The translations under genes were made by a program, and so were the position numbers. Below, one piece after another: positions 1 to 8,460 of a DNA stretch of 64,000 bases. How positions within the stretch are numbered: position 1 is the first letter of the stretch; every line of letters begins with the position of its first letter. The stretch is from an uncultured Thermoplasmata archaeon (lineage in GTDB: Archaea; Thermoplasmatota; Thermoplasmata; RBG-16-68-12), in NCBI GenBank assembly GCA_963768855.1, contig CAVYJM010000006.1, forward strand, positions 448,001-512,000, given 5' to 3'. Below the pieces are notes generated by a model. That model had not been told where the DNA came from. It did not search any database and saw only the letters and a list, made by a program, of their open reading frames with translations.

Positions 1-228
1 CGCCGGGGTCGCGGCGTCCTCCTGCGCATAGGTGTTGCAGTGGTAGCAGTAGAATCGGTTGTACTGGGTGACGAACGAAAGGACTCCGCCGCATGTCACG
101 CAGCGCCTGGCCCCTCGGTCCCCGTAGCCTTCCGGGGCGTACTGCCCGCACCGGAGGCAGTAGTGCCGTTGGTACTGCTCCAGGAAGGACAGGGGACTCC
201 CGCAGTTCGGGCAGGGGAGATCGGCCAC
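1..228 (-). CDS. Tandem zinc-ribbon repeat protein (3' end runs off the window)
   Basis: Manual translation from GTG at 228: MADLPCPNCGSPLSFLEQYQRHYCLRCGQY...CVTCGGVLSFVTQYNRFYCYHCNTY, two CxxCG-x-L-x-F-xx-QY-x-R-x-YCxxC units. Not in the ORF track. TTTATC box about 25 nt upstream. Confidence 0.8.
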   Translation of the reverse strand, partial: MADLPCPNCGSPLSFLEQYQRHYCLRCGQYAPEGYGDRGARRCVTCGGVLSFVTQYNRFYCYHCNTYAQEDAATPA

Positions 229-252
229 GTCGGTTGGAGCTTGAGCGGGCGG

Positions 253-265
253 GATAAAGGCTTTT
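253..265 (-). promoter_or_regulatory. BRE/TATA promoter of the leaderless Zn-ribbon gene
   Basis: Minus strand AAAAGCCTTTATC, 25-30 nt upstream of the GTG at 228; the same geometry recurs for several genes in the window. Confidence 0.5.
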
Positions 266-354
266 CCGTAGTTCCCGATTTTGAGAGTATGGCCCGAGAA
301 TCGTTGCCGCTCGGCGGCAAATCCTTTTACAGATGGCGACGATGGGCCGGCCGC

Positions 355-427
355 GCCACCCTAGCTCAGTCGGTAGAGCAGCCGCCTTGTAAGCGGCAGG
401 TCGGGAGTTCAATTCTCCCGGGTGGCT
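355..427 (+). tRNA. tRNA-Thr(TGT), intronless, CCA not encoded
   Basis: Cloverleaf GCCACCC/GGGTGGC, D arm GCTC/GAGC, anticodon arm GCCGC-CTTGTAA-GCGGC, T arm GGGAG-TTCAATT-CTCCC. Confidence 0.97.
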
Positions 428-447
428 TCTTCCGATGCGGCGCGGAC

Positions 448-1041
448 TCAATCGTGGTTGCCGTTCCCGCGCATCGCGTTGTGGACCACGCGCGCGCCGA
501 GGCGGCGGAAGGCCTCTTCGACGTTCGAGCCCGACTTCGCGGACGTCAGGAAGAGATCCGCGCCGAGCGTCTCCGCGGCCTGCACGGCCTCCGCGGTCGT
601 GAACTGGGCCTCCCCGGTCAGGTCGGCCTTGTTCACCGCGACGACGATGGGCACCTTGCCCGTGACGCCCTCGACGGCCCGGATCCAGTTCCTCAGGTCC
701 TCGAGCGTGTCCTTGCGCGTGAGGTCGGCAACCGCGAGCACGCCCTTCGCGTCGAAGAAGTAGGCGTCCTTGAGCATCTCCCGGAAGCCGGGCTGTCCCA
801 TGATGTCCCAGATCATGAGGTCGATGTCCGCGTCGAGGTCCTGGGACGGGTCCGTCACGCGGACGGGCTTCTTGGACACCTTCGTGCCCACCGTCGTCAG
901 GTAGCGGTCGTCAAAGGCGTTCGTCACGTAGCGGCGCACGAGGGACGTCTTTCCCACGGCGGGGTTTCCGACGAGGCAGACCTTCGCCTTGAAGTGCTTT
1001 CGGGCCCTCATCGCGGCCTCTTGCGGGATCGTCGCGCTCAT
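448..1041 (-). CDS. Rab/Roc-like small GTPase
   Basis: G1 GNPAVGKTS, G2 YLTTVG, G3 WDIMGQ, G4 NKAD, G5 SAK. Start set at MSATIP after a GAGGT Shine-Dalgarno. Confidence 0.92.
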   Translation of the reverse strand: MSATIPQEAAMRARKHFKAKVCLVGNPAVGKTSLVRRYVTNAFDDRYLTTVGTKVSKKPVRVTDPSQDLDADIDLMIWDIMGQPGFREMLKDAYFFDAKGVLAVADLTRKDTLEDLRNWIRAVEGVTGKVPIVVAVNKADLTGEAQFTTAEAVQAAETLGADLFLTSAKSGSNVEEAFRRLGARVVHNAMRGNGNHD

Positions 1042-1082
1042 GGCACCAACCTCTTCACCGTTTCCCCGAGCGTCCATGCGAA

Positions 1083-1280
1083 TCACTCGCCTTGGGACGC
1101 CGCCGGGGGCGTCAGCTGCAGGGACATGTACACCCACATCAGCTCCTCCCGCTCGAATTCTCCGAGTCGGGCGTCGCTCAGGTAGGCTTCGTAGAGCGGG
1201 GTGATGTCATTGTCCGCGCGGGCGCTTATGGACAGGTTCAGGACGTACTCCGTGAGTAGGTGCACGTTCTCCGACTTCAC
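1083..1280 (-). CDS. Small hypothetical protein (65 aa) upstream of the GTPase
   Basis: Coding-like GC3 usage from GTG-AAG-TCG; GGCGGTG SD-like element 5 nt upstream; 41 nt from the GTPase start on the same strand. Confidence 0.55.
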   Translation of the reverse strand: MKSENVHLLTEYVLNLSISARADNDITPLYEAYLSDARLGEFEREELMWVYMSLQLTPPAASQGE

Positions 1281-1481
1281 CCGTACACCGCCGGATACCT
1301 CGACCTGTGCAGGTCCGCGCAGGAACCGCATGACTACACCTGGCTCCTGAGGGAGTCGTCACCGGAGGAGCACTTAACGGTTCCTCCGCGGTTCCTCGCC
1401 GTGAAAATACAAACACCGGGGGTCGGGCGTGGTTCCCGGGCGCAGGATTAAGGCCGGCGCACGCCTCCGGTCCCCGAGACC

Positions 1482-2429
1482 ATGGCTCCTGCCGTCGCCT
1501 CTGCCATCCAGACCGGGTCCACCCCTCGGGAGTCCGCCGGACGCGTGCACGTGATCTGGTACACGGACCCGATCAACGTGTGGTGCTGGGGCTGCGAACC
1601 CGCGATCCGCCGCGTCCAGGTGCGGTACGCCGGGCAGGTCGAGGTGGAGGTCGTCATGGGCGGGCTGTTCGAGGACTTCAGCCCGGTCCGCGAGAACTGG
1701 GCGCGGATGTCCGGCGGACGGTGGCAGGACTCCGTGAGGGCGTTCCTCGAGGCGGTCGCGGCCCACCACCGGATGCCCATGGACGTCGCGAGGATGATGG
1801 CGTCCGTCGAGGACCTGACGTCCACCTGGCCGTCCTGCATCGCGGTGAAGGCCGCGGGTCTCCAAGGGAGAGCTCGGGAGTACCCGTACCTGCGCCGGTT
1901 CCGCGAGGCGATGTACCTCGAAGGCCGTGCGACGACCACGCGGGAGGTCCAGGTCCAGCTCGCGTCCGAGATCGGGATCGAGCCCGACGCGTTCGAGCAC
2001 GCCCTGGAGGACGGCACGGCGGAGGCCGCGTTCCATGCGGACCTCGATCGTTGCCGCTCGACGGGCGTGACGGGCTTCCCCACGTTCGAGTTGCGACGCG
2101 ATTCGGCCACAGCGCGGCTCGATGGCTGGCAACCCTGGGATGCGTTCGAGGAGGCGCTCCAGGAATTCGCCCCGGATGTCCACGCGGCGGCGATGGACGC
2201 GACGCCCGAGAGCGTGCGCACGTTACTCCGTCGGTTCGACCGGTGCGCGACCCTCGAGGTCGCGGCCGTGCTGGGCGTGACGGACGACGAGGCGGAGATT
2301 CTCCTCGAGGACCTGGAGGCTCAGGGGGCGGTCGTGCGTCGCGAGGTCGGCACGGGCCTCTTCTGGGAAGTCGACACCGGGGCGCGGACCGGCGTGGACC
2401 TGGAGAAGGAAGGGGCGCCGGAACGCTGA
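1482..2429 (+). CDS. DsbA/FrnE/YjbH-like thioredoxin-fold protein with C-terminal winged helix
   Basis: YTDP-x-x-x-WCWGCEP, GVTGFPTF cis-Pro loop, C-terminal EVAAVLGV...LEDLEAQGAV helix-turn-helix. Confidence 0.8.
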   Translation: MAPAVASAIQTGSTPRESAGRVHVIWYTDPINVWCWGCEPAIRRVQVRYAGQVEVEVVMGGLFEDFSPVRENWARMSGGRWQDSVRAFLEAVAAHHRMPMDVARMMASVEDLTSTWPSCIAVKAAGLQGRAREYPYLRRFREAMYLEGRATTTREVQVQLASEIGIEPDAFEHALEDGTAEAAFHADLDRCRSTGVTGFPTFELRRDSATARLDGWQPWDAFEEALQEFAPDVHAAAMDATPESVRTLLRRFDRCATLEVAAVLGVTDDEAEILLEDLEAQGAVVRREVGTGLFWEVDTGARTGVDLEKEGAPER

Positions 2430-2530
2430 TACTCTCCGCGGCGGCGTACTCCCTGCCGATTCGAAAATCGTCACGGTTAAATACAGCGTTATACAGTAGG
2501 ACGTCTGGCCTTGCCTTCCCGGCCCTTTCC

Positions 2531-2917
2531 ATGCAGCAACCTCAAGAAGTCATCGTGGCCAAACTCTTGCCGACGATCCGTGCGCGGCTCGCGAAGGAGC
2601 TCCTGCGGGAATACAAGATGAAGCAGGTCGACGTCGCGAAGGCCATGGGGATCACCCAGGCGGCGGTCAGCCACTACAACACCCAGAGCCGCGGCGTGGA
2701 TCAGGACATGCTGCGCCGCTTCCCGGAGATCAAGGCTTTCGTGGACGAGCTCGCGGACCGGATCGCCCACGGCATGTCCATGTCCAAGCAGATTTCCACG
2801 ATCAACGAGTTCTGCGCGGGCCTCATGCAGACCGCCCGGTTCTGCGACTACCACAAGAGCCTCGGAGACATCGATCCGACCTGCACGGCCTGCTTCGAGG
2901 CGCCGCCGCGACCGTGA
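2531..2917 (+). CDS. Archaeal HTH transcriptional regulator (COG2522-like) with C-terminal Cys/His cluster
   Basis: PQEVIVAKLLPTIRARLAKEL...MKQVDVAKAMGITQAAVSHY and C-terminal FC..FCDYH..CTAC; TTAAATA box upstream. Confidence 0.85.
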   Translation: MQQPQEVIVAKLLPTIRARLAKELLREYKMKQVDVAKAMGITQAAVSHYNTQSRGVDQDMLRRFPEIKAFVDELADRIAHGMSMSKQISTINEFCAGLMQTARFCDYHKSLGDIDPTCTACFEAPPRP

Positions 2918-2983
2918 TGGTCCGCGACTGCCGAGTCGGTCCAGAGCCGGCCGTGGGAGACCGCCGCCGCACTTGGCGCGTCG

Positions 2984-5152
2984 TCATGCGTGCCGTTCGA
3001 TTGCCGCGCGCATCTTCTCGACGAACACGTCCTCATCGAACTCCCGGGCCCGGGCGACGCACGCCTCCCGCATGGCGTTCAGGGTCGTGTCGTCGAGCTG
3101 GCGGATCGTGCCCGCGAACGCCTCGGCGCTCGGCGGAAGGAGGTAGCCGGTCTTCGCATGGACCACGGTCTCGCGGTACCCGCCCTCGTTCGTCGCGAGG
3201 ACGATCTTCCCGGCCGCCATGGCCTCCACGGGCGTGAGCCCGAAATCCTCGTCGACCGCCGTCGTCACGAACCCGCGGCACCGGCCGTACAGGTCGACGA
3301 GCTCGTCGTCCGAGACCTCGCCGAGCATCGTGACGTTCTGCGGAACATGGAGGTTCGCGACGTACCGCTCCGTCAGGTCCCCTCTCGAGTATCCCCCCAC
3401 GATGACCAGCTTCTCCGATGGCAATTGACGGAACGCCTCGAGTTGGAGCTCGATCCGCTTCTCCGGATACAGGCGGCTCACGCTGAGCCAGAAGTCGCCG
3501 AGCTCCTTGAACTGCAGGCGAGACGTGCTCACCGGCGGATAGATGACGTCGGCCTCGCGACCGTAGTAGCGCCGGACGCGGTCGCGCACGTTCTCGCTGA
3601 TGGCGATAACGCGATCGCATCGGCGCACCGCCCGTTGGTCGAGCGCCGCGTGTCCGTGGATCCACGTCGCACCCAGGATTCGCCGCATCAGGGGCTGCCG
3701 TGCCAGCGTGGCGGCCCGCTGGTCGTAGAACATCCGCGTGGGCGTGAGGCAGTAGTACAGGTTGGGACGATGGCGCTTCGCGGCGAAATGCGCCCAGTTC
3801 CCGGTGAAGATGTAGAAGTCGTAACCGGAGAGGCGGGCTCGCATGAACCGCCAGGTCGCGTGGACCTGCTTCGCGGGCGGGCCCGGCCGCAACGGGCCGA
3901 GGGAGATCACGCGGACTCCCTCGAACCCCGCGCGGGCGGGCAGGCTCGGATCGAACTCCGTGGTGACGATGTCGGCCCCGAGCCGCTTCGCCAGGGTGAG
4001 GGCGACGCGTTCCCCGCCGCCGACGGTCTGGAGGTAGTCGTAGAAGACCGCAATCTTCCTGCCGTCCTTCGGGACACCCCGGTCCCGCGGGGCGACCGGG
4101 GGGGCACCCACTCCACTCGGTCCCTCGGAGGACGCTTCCGTCATCTGCCGAAGGGGCGCTCCGTAGCTCCGGAGCCACCGGCCGACCGCGGCCGCGTCCT
4201 CCGTCGCGGTCGCGTAGCGCTGCGCCCGTTTCTCCAGGGCCCGCCCGAGTCCAGCGTAGGCGTCGAGCCGTGCGCGCGCGGTTGCGCGGGCCATGGTTCC
4301 GAGGCCCACCGACCCGGGCCCGACGCTGCCCCCCGCAGGCGGGCGGCGTCGTCCGAGGGCTTCGAGGAGCTTCATCGCGTTCCACGAGGCTCCGCTCGCC
4401 ACGAACCGCCAGGGATAGTTCTGGATGAGCGTCCAGATCCGGTTCCTCTCGCACATGTACGTCTTCCACGCGTTCCGGACTCCGATGGACGCGGAATACT
4501 TGTGGTAGACGACGGCCCGGGGCGCGAAGCGCGCGGTCCACCCGACGAGGCGAGCCCGCCATGCGTGGTCGAGATCCTCGCCATACGCGACGAAGTCCCC
4601 GTCGTAGAGGCCCACGTTCTCCAGGAGCTCCCGGCGGTACAGCGCCGCGCCGCCGGACGGGCCGAAGACGTCGGTCTGGGAATCGGCGCGGCCGTCGTCC
4701 GGTTCGTTCCAGTCGCGGTCCATCCCGCCCCCATCCGGCGCGGGGGAGAGGCCCGTGGAGTTCAGGACCGTCGGCCGGTCCATGAACAGCATCTTGGATG
4801 CGACCATGCCCACCCGGGGTGCGTCCGCCGCGGCGACTAAGGAGGCCACCCACTCCGGGTCCACGCGGACGTCGTTGTTCAGCGCGAGGACAAACGCCGC
4901 GTTCGGGTCTTCGAGCGCCCTCGCGAATCCTGCGTTCATCCCGCGGGCGAAGTGCAGGTTCTCGCTCATGCGGAGCAGCGCGGCCTCGGGGAACTCCTCC
5001 TGAACGATCCGCCAGGATTCGTCGGGCGAGGCGTTGTCCACGACGAGGACCTTCGTGTCGGGGTACGTCTGGGCGAAGAGGGACCGGAGGCATTCGCGGA
5101 GGTAGTCGCGCCCGTTCCAGTTCAGCACGACCACCGTGGCCTGGGAGGCCAT
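2984..5152 (-). CDS. Fused GT2 + GT4 (WbaZ-like) glycosyltransferase
   Basis: N-terminal VVLNWNG...VVDNAS...LNND (GT-A/GT2); C-terminal GGGERV...EDFGLTPVEAMAAGK (GT4); one uninterrupted 722-aa ORF. Confidence 0.88.
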   Translation of the reverse strand: MASQATVVVLNWNGRDYLRECLRSLFAQTYPDTKVLVVDNASPDESWRIVQEEFPEAALLRMSENLHFARGMNAGFARALEDPNAAFVLALNNDVRVDPEWVASLVAAADAPRVGMVASKMLFMDRPTVLNSTGLSPAPDGGGMDRDWNEPDDGRADSQTDVFGPSGGAALYRRELLENVGLYDGDFVAYGEDLDHAWRARLVGWTARFAPRAVVYHKYSASIGVRNAWKTYMCERNRIWTLIQNYPWRFVASGASWNAMKLLEALGRRRPPAGGSVGPGSVGLGTMARATARARLDAYAGLGRALEKRAQRYATATEDAAAVGRWLRSYGAPLRQMTEASSEGPSGVGAPPVAPRDRGVPKDGRKIAVFYDYLQTVGGGERVALTLAKRLGADIVTTEFDPSLPARAGFEGVRVISLGPLRPGPPAKQVHATWRFMRARLSGYDFYIFTGNWAHFAAKRHRPNLYYCLTPTRMFYDQRAATLARQPLMRRILGATWIHGHAALDQRAVRRCDRVIAISENVRDRVRRYYGREADVIYPPVSTSRLQFKELGDFWLSVSRLYPEKRIELQLEAFRQLPSEKLVIVGGYSRGDLTERYVANLHVPQNVTMLGEVSDDELVDLYGRCRGFVTTAVDEDFGLTPVEAMAAGKIVLATNEGGYRETVVHAKTGYLLPPSAEAFAGTIRQLDDTTLNAMREACVARAREFDEDVFVEKMRAAIERHA

Positions 5153-5180
5153 GGTCCCGGCCGGGTAGGGAGGGAGAGCA

Positions 5181-6287
5181 TTAGAACTTCGCGGGGGTCG
5201 GGATGTTGCTCGACCCGACCTCGGCGACGAGCGCCTTCATCCGAGCCGCGAACACGGACGTGTCGAACGCCCTCGCCCGCTCTTCGCACGCGCCGCGCAT
5301 GGCCGCAAGGGTCTCTTGGGGGGCCTTCCGCACGGCGGTGGCGACGGCCGTCGCGGTCGCGGGGACCAGCCAGCCGGTCCGTCCCGGGACCACGGTCTCG
5401 CGGTACCCGCCTTCGTCCACCGCCACGACCGCCTTCCCGGAGGCCATCGCCTCGACGGGCGTGAGCCCGAAGTCCTCGTCCTGGGACGTTGCCACGAAGC
5501 CGCGGCAGGTCGCGTAGAGCTCGCGCAGCTTCGTCTCCTCCACCTCGCCGACGAACTCGACGTTGGACGGCGCCTTCAGGGAGCGCTGAAACGCATGAGC
5601 GTCCACCCCGACCTGAGGGCCTCCCGCGATCAAGAGTCGTTCCTCCGGCAGCTTTCGGAAGGCCTCGATCTGGAGCCCGATCCGCTTCTCGTGGCTCAGC
5701 CGGTTCACGGAGAGCCAGAACTCCCCGACCCGGGCGAAGCGGTATCGGGCCACGTCGACGGGCGGATACACGACCTCCGCGGTCCGGTGGAGGTACCGCC
5801 GGACCCGGTCCGCGACGTTCCGGCTGTTCGCCACGATCCGCTGGACATCCGCGACGTTCGCCTCGTACTTCGGGCGGGTGCGTCGGATCCAGGCCCGGGC
5901 CGCAACGCGCTTCGCGGGACTCAGCCCCGCCAGGAAGGTCGCCTCAAGGTCATAGAACACCCGCGCAGGGGTGTGGCAGTACCAGAGGTTGGGCTTGTGC
6001 GTCGCCGCGGCAGCGATCGCCCAGTTTCCGGAGAAGACGTACGCGTCGTACGCCGGGATTTCGGCGTGGTGGAACGCCTTCGCCTGCCGCGTCTGACGGA
6101 TCAGCGGAGTCTTCGGGGCCTTCTTCAGCTCCGTCACGCGGACGTCCGCGAAGCCTGCCTTCCGCGGGATCTCGGGGTCGAGGTCCGTGACGTACACGTC
6201 GGCATCGAGCGCACGCGCGAGGGTGAGGACGAGGCGCTCGCCCCCGCCGATGAAGCTCATGTGATCATGGAGGATCGCGACGTGCAT
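5181..6287 (-). CDS. GT4 family glycosyltransferase (WbaZ-like)
   Basis: GGGERLV, SVNRLSHEKRI, EDFGLTPVEAMASGK; leaderless ATG about 28 nt after TTTATG. Confidence 0.92.
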   Translation of the reverse strand: MHVAILHDHMSFIGGGERLVLTLARALDADVYVTDLDPEIPRKAGFADVRVTELKKAPKTPLIRQTRQAKAFHHAEIPAYDAYVFSGNWAIAAAATHKPNLWYCHTPARVFYDLEATFLAGLSPAKRVAARAWIRRTRPKYEANVADVQRIVANSRNVADRVRRYLHRTAEVVYPPVDVARYRFARVGEFWLSVNRLSHEKRIGLQIEAFRKLPEERLLIAGGPQVGVDAHAFQRSLKAPSNVEFVGEVEETKLRELYATCRGFVATSQDEDFGLTPVEAMASGKAVVAVDEGGYRETVVPGRTGWLVPATATAVATAVRKAPQETLAAMRGACEERARAFDTSVFAARMKALVAEVGSSNIPTPAKF

Positions 6288-6329
6288 GGGTCGCGGCCGG
6301 ATGAGGCGGTGGACCATAAAGGGTTGGCC

Positions 6330-8024
6330 TCAGCAGGTCCCGTCGCAGCCCCAGGCGATCCAGTAGGCCTGGGCGTAGCCGTCGTCGTACAACTTGATGA
6401 ACGGCGACTCCCCGAACTTGGCGATGGCGGCCGGCGACATGGGCATCGCGGGCTCCCACACGCGCAGCTCGACGCCCTGCGTCTCCGTCTGGTCCAGCCA
6501 GACGACGCTCACGTTCTGCACGCCGGACGGCGCGCCCACGCCCACGAGCCCGGGTCTCGCGTCCGCGAACGTCGCCGCGAAGAACGGAGCCACGGTGGTG
6601 TCCCAGGTCGCGTTCACTCCACTGAACCCGAAGAGGTTCGTGGAGGCCATGTGGTCCGCCGCCACGAGGCCCGCCAGGTGTCCGTCTGCCCAGTAGACCC
6701 CGTTCATCGCCATCGGCTCCGTGGACTCGTTCCACCCTGCCACGAAGCTTGGCGGCGGGATGGCAAACGCGAAGTTCCCCGCGAGGAGGGCGCAGCCCGC
6801 GGCGACCGCCGCCATGCGGCGCAGTCGTGTCGGTGAGGCGAGGTCCAGGATCCGGAAGAACCCGACGCCCGCGAGGATCGCGACGGGGACGACGAGGTAT
6901 TCGACGTGGCGGTAGGGGATGAGGACCCGCGTCGCGACGACGCTCCCCGCCAGCGCGGAGGCCGAGAGGACGAGGAACCAGGCCGGGGTCGCGCTGCCGG
7001 TCGACAGGAAGTCGAAGAACTTCCGGCCCGCCGAGGAGAAGGCGACGAGGATGAGAAGCGGGGCGAAGTCGACGAGGACGACGGGCGGGAGGGCGACCGA
7101 AGTTCCCGGCACCGCACCGAAGATGGTCGCCGCGGCGAGTCCATAGACGAAGGCCAGCGCGAGGCCGAACATGGTCACGGAGTGTCGCAGGTCCGGATAC
7201 CGCGGCCGATACCGCCACGCCACGCGGCGGCGTGCGATTACGAGGAGCGCGAGGAGCATTAGGAGTCCCGCGAACGCGACGAACAGGAGCCACCAAGGCT
7301 GGATGTTCACATCCACCAGGATGTTGTCGCGGAACGGAATCGCGTATCCGAACCAGCATGCGAACGTGGCGACCAGGAGGAACCCGGCGTATCCGACCTC
7401 CCTCCGGGCTGCGGCGTTCCATTCGAACGGCCGGATCAGGCCCCGGAGCACGAGCGTGCTGAGGACCATGAGGATGAGGAAGTACGTGCTCAGATGGTGG
7501 GTCGTGACGAGCGCGGCCGTGACGAGGACGAGCGGCAGCATGACGCGCGGGTCCCGGCGGAGCCGGACGAACAGGAGGAGCGCTGTGAACGCCAGGAGGT
7601 CCCCCAGCGTGGCGGGAGCCGTGTGGGAGGTCGCGTAGACGTGCGGCATGACGCCCGCGACGAACGCGGCGACAAAGAGGGCGACCCGGTCATCGCGGAG
7701 GACCTCCCCGGTGAGCAGGAAGAGGGGGAGGATCGCGAGCGCGCCGAGAATCGGGACGAGGAGGTTCAGGACGGTCGGCAGGTCGAGCCCGCCCAGCTGG
7801 ACGAGCGCGTCTTGGGCGAAGAACATCCCGGGGAACCAGGGGTAGGTGCTTCCCCATCCGACGTAGTGGGTGGGCACGGCACCGCGGAGCGAGAGGGTGC
7901 GGAGAATTCCAAAGTACTCCCCGAAGTCGGAGCCCCAGTAGAGGGACGTCAGCAGCGGCGAGAGCCGGATCACGATCGCGGCGACGACGATCGCCGCGAG
8001 GGCGAGGGCCGTGGACCTCCTCAC
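6330..8024 (-). CDS. Polytopic membrane protein, GT-C-like (predicted lipid-linked sugar transferase)
   Basis: About 12 hydrophobic segments, GSDFGEY in the first outer loop, TTHHLS motif, soluble C-terminal domain; lies in the glycosyltransferase cluster. Confidence 0.6.
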   Translation of the reverse strand: MRRSTALALAAIVVAAIVIRLSPLLTSLYWGSDFGEYFGILRTLSLRGAVPTHYVGWGSTYPWFPGMFFAQDALVQLGGLDLPTVLNLLVPILGALAILPLFLLTGEVLRDDRVALFVAAFVAGVMPHVYATSHTAPATLGDLLAFTALLLFVRLRRDPRVMLPLVLVTAALVTTHHLSTYFLILMVLSTLVLRGLIRPFEWNAAARREVGYAGFLLVATFACWFGYAIPFRDNILVDVNIQPWWLLFVAFAGLLMLLALLVIARRRVAWRYRPRYPDLRHSVTMFGLALAFVYGLAAATIFGAVPGTSVALPPVVLVDFAPLLILVAFSSAGRKFFDFLSTGSATPAWFLVLSASALAGSVVATRVLIPYRHVEYLVVPVAILAGVGFFRILDLASPTRLRRMAAVAAGCALLAGNFAFAIPPPSFVAGWNESTEPMAMNGVYWADGHLAGLVAADHMASTNLFGFSGVNATWDTTVAPFFAATFADARPGLVGVGAPSGVQNVSVVWLDQTETQGVELRVWEPAMPMSPAAIAKFGESPFIKLYDDGYAQAYWIAWGCDGTC

Positions 8025-8130
8025 TGCGCCGCCAACCGAGGCCGGCTACTTGAGCGTTGGCTCAGCCGTTTCCCGAGGCGGCTCCCGCGGACGAAAGGTA
8101 TTTGTCGGTCCGTCTTCTAGCCCGGCCCGC

Positions 8131-8460
8131 ATGACGCGCCGCTGCCCGCGCTGCTCCGCGGAACTCCCGGAGGACGCGGTCTGGGTCTGCCCGAGCTGCG
8201 ACTACACCCTCCGCACCCCGGCGGTCTCCAAGGTCGGAATCCTGTTCATGCTCCTCGGCCTCGTCCTCGTCGGCGCCTACGTCACCGGTCCGGACAGCCT
8301 CGGCCTGACGTCGGGCCTCATGCCCACCGACCTCGCGAAGCTCCTCATCGCGAACTTCGCCGCGATGGTCGTCGGCACGTTCGCCTTCGGGATGTTCCTC
8401 ATGTTCGTGGGGGCGCTCTTCGTGCGCCGCGAACGGAACCGGGTCGAGGCCGCCGCCTAG
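8131..8460 (+). CDS. Zinc-ribbon protein with two TM helices
   Basis: CPRC...CPSC followed by two hydrophobic segments. Confidence 0.75.
   Translation: MTRRCPRCSAELPEDAVWVCPSCDYTLRTPAVSKVGILFMLLGLVLVGAYVTGPDSLGLTSGLMPTDLAKLLIANFAAMVVGTFAFGMFLMFVGALFVRRERNRVEAAA

Noticed and set aside
355-1400. Integrated element at tRNA-Thr
   Set aside because: No integrase and no duplicate of the tRNA 3' end seen in the window.
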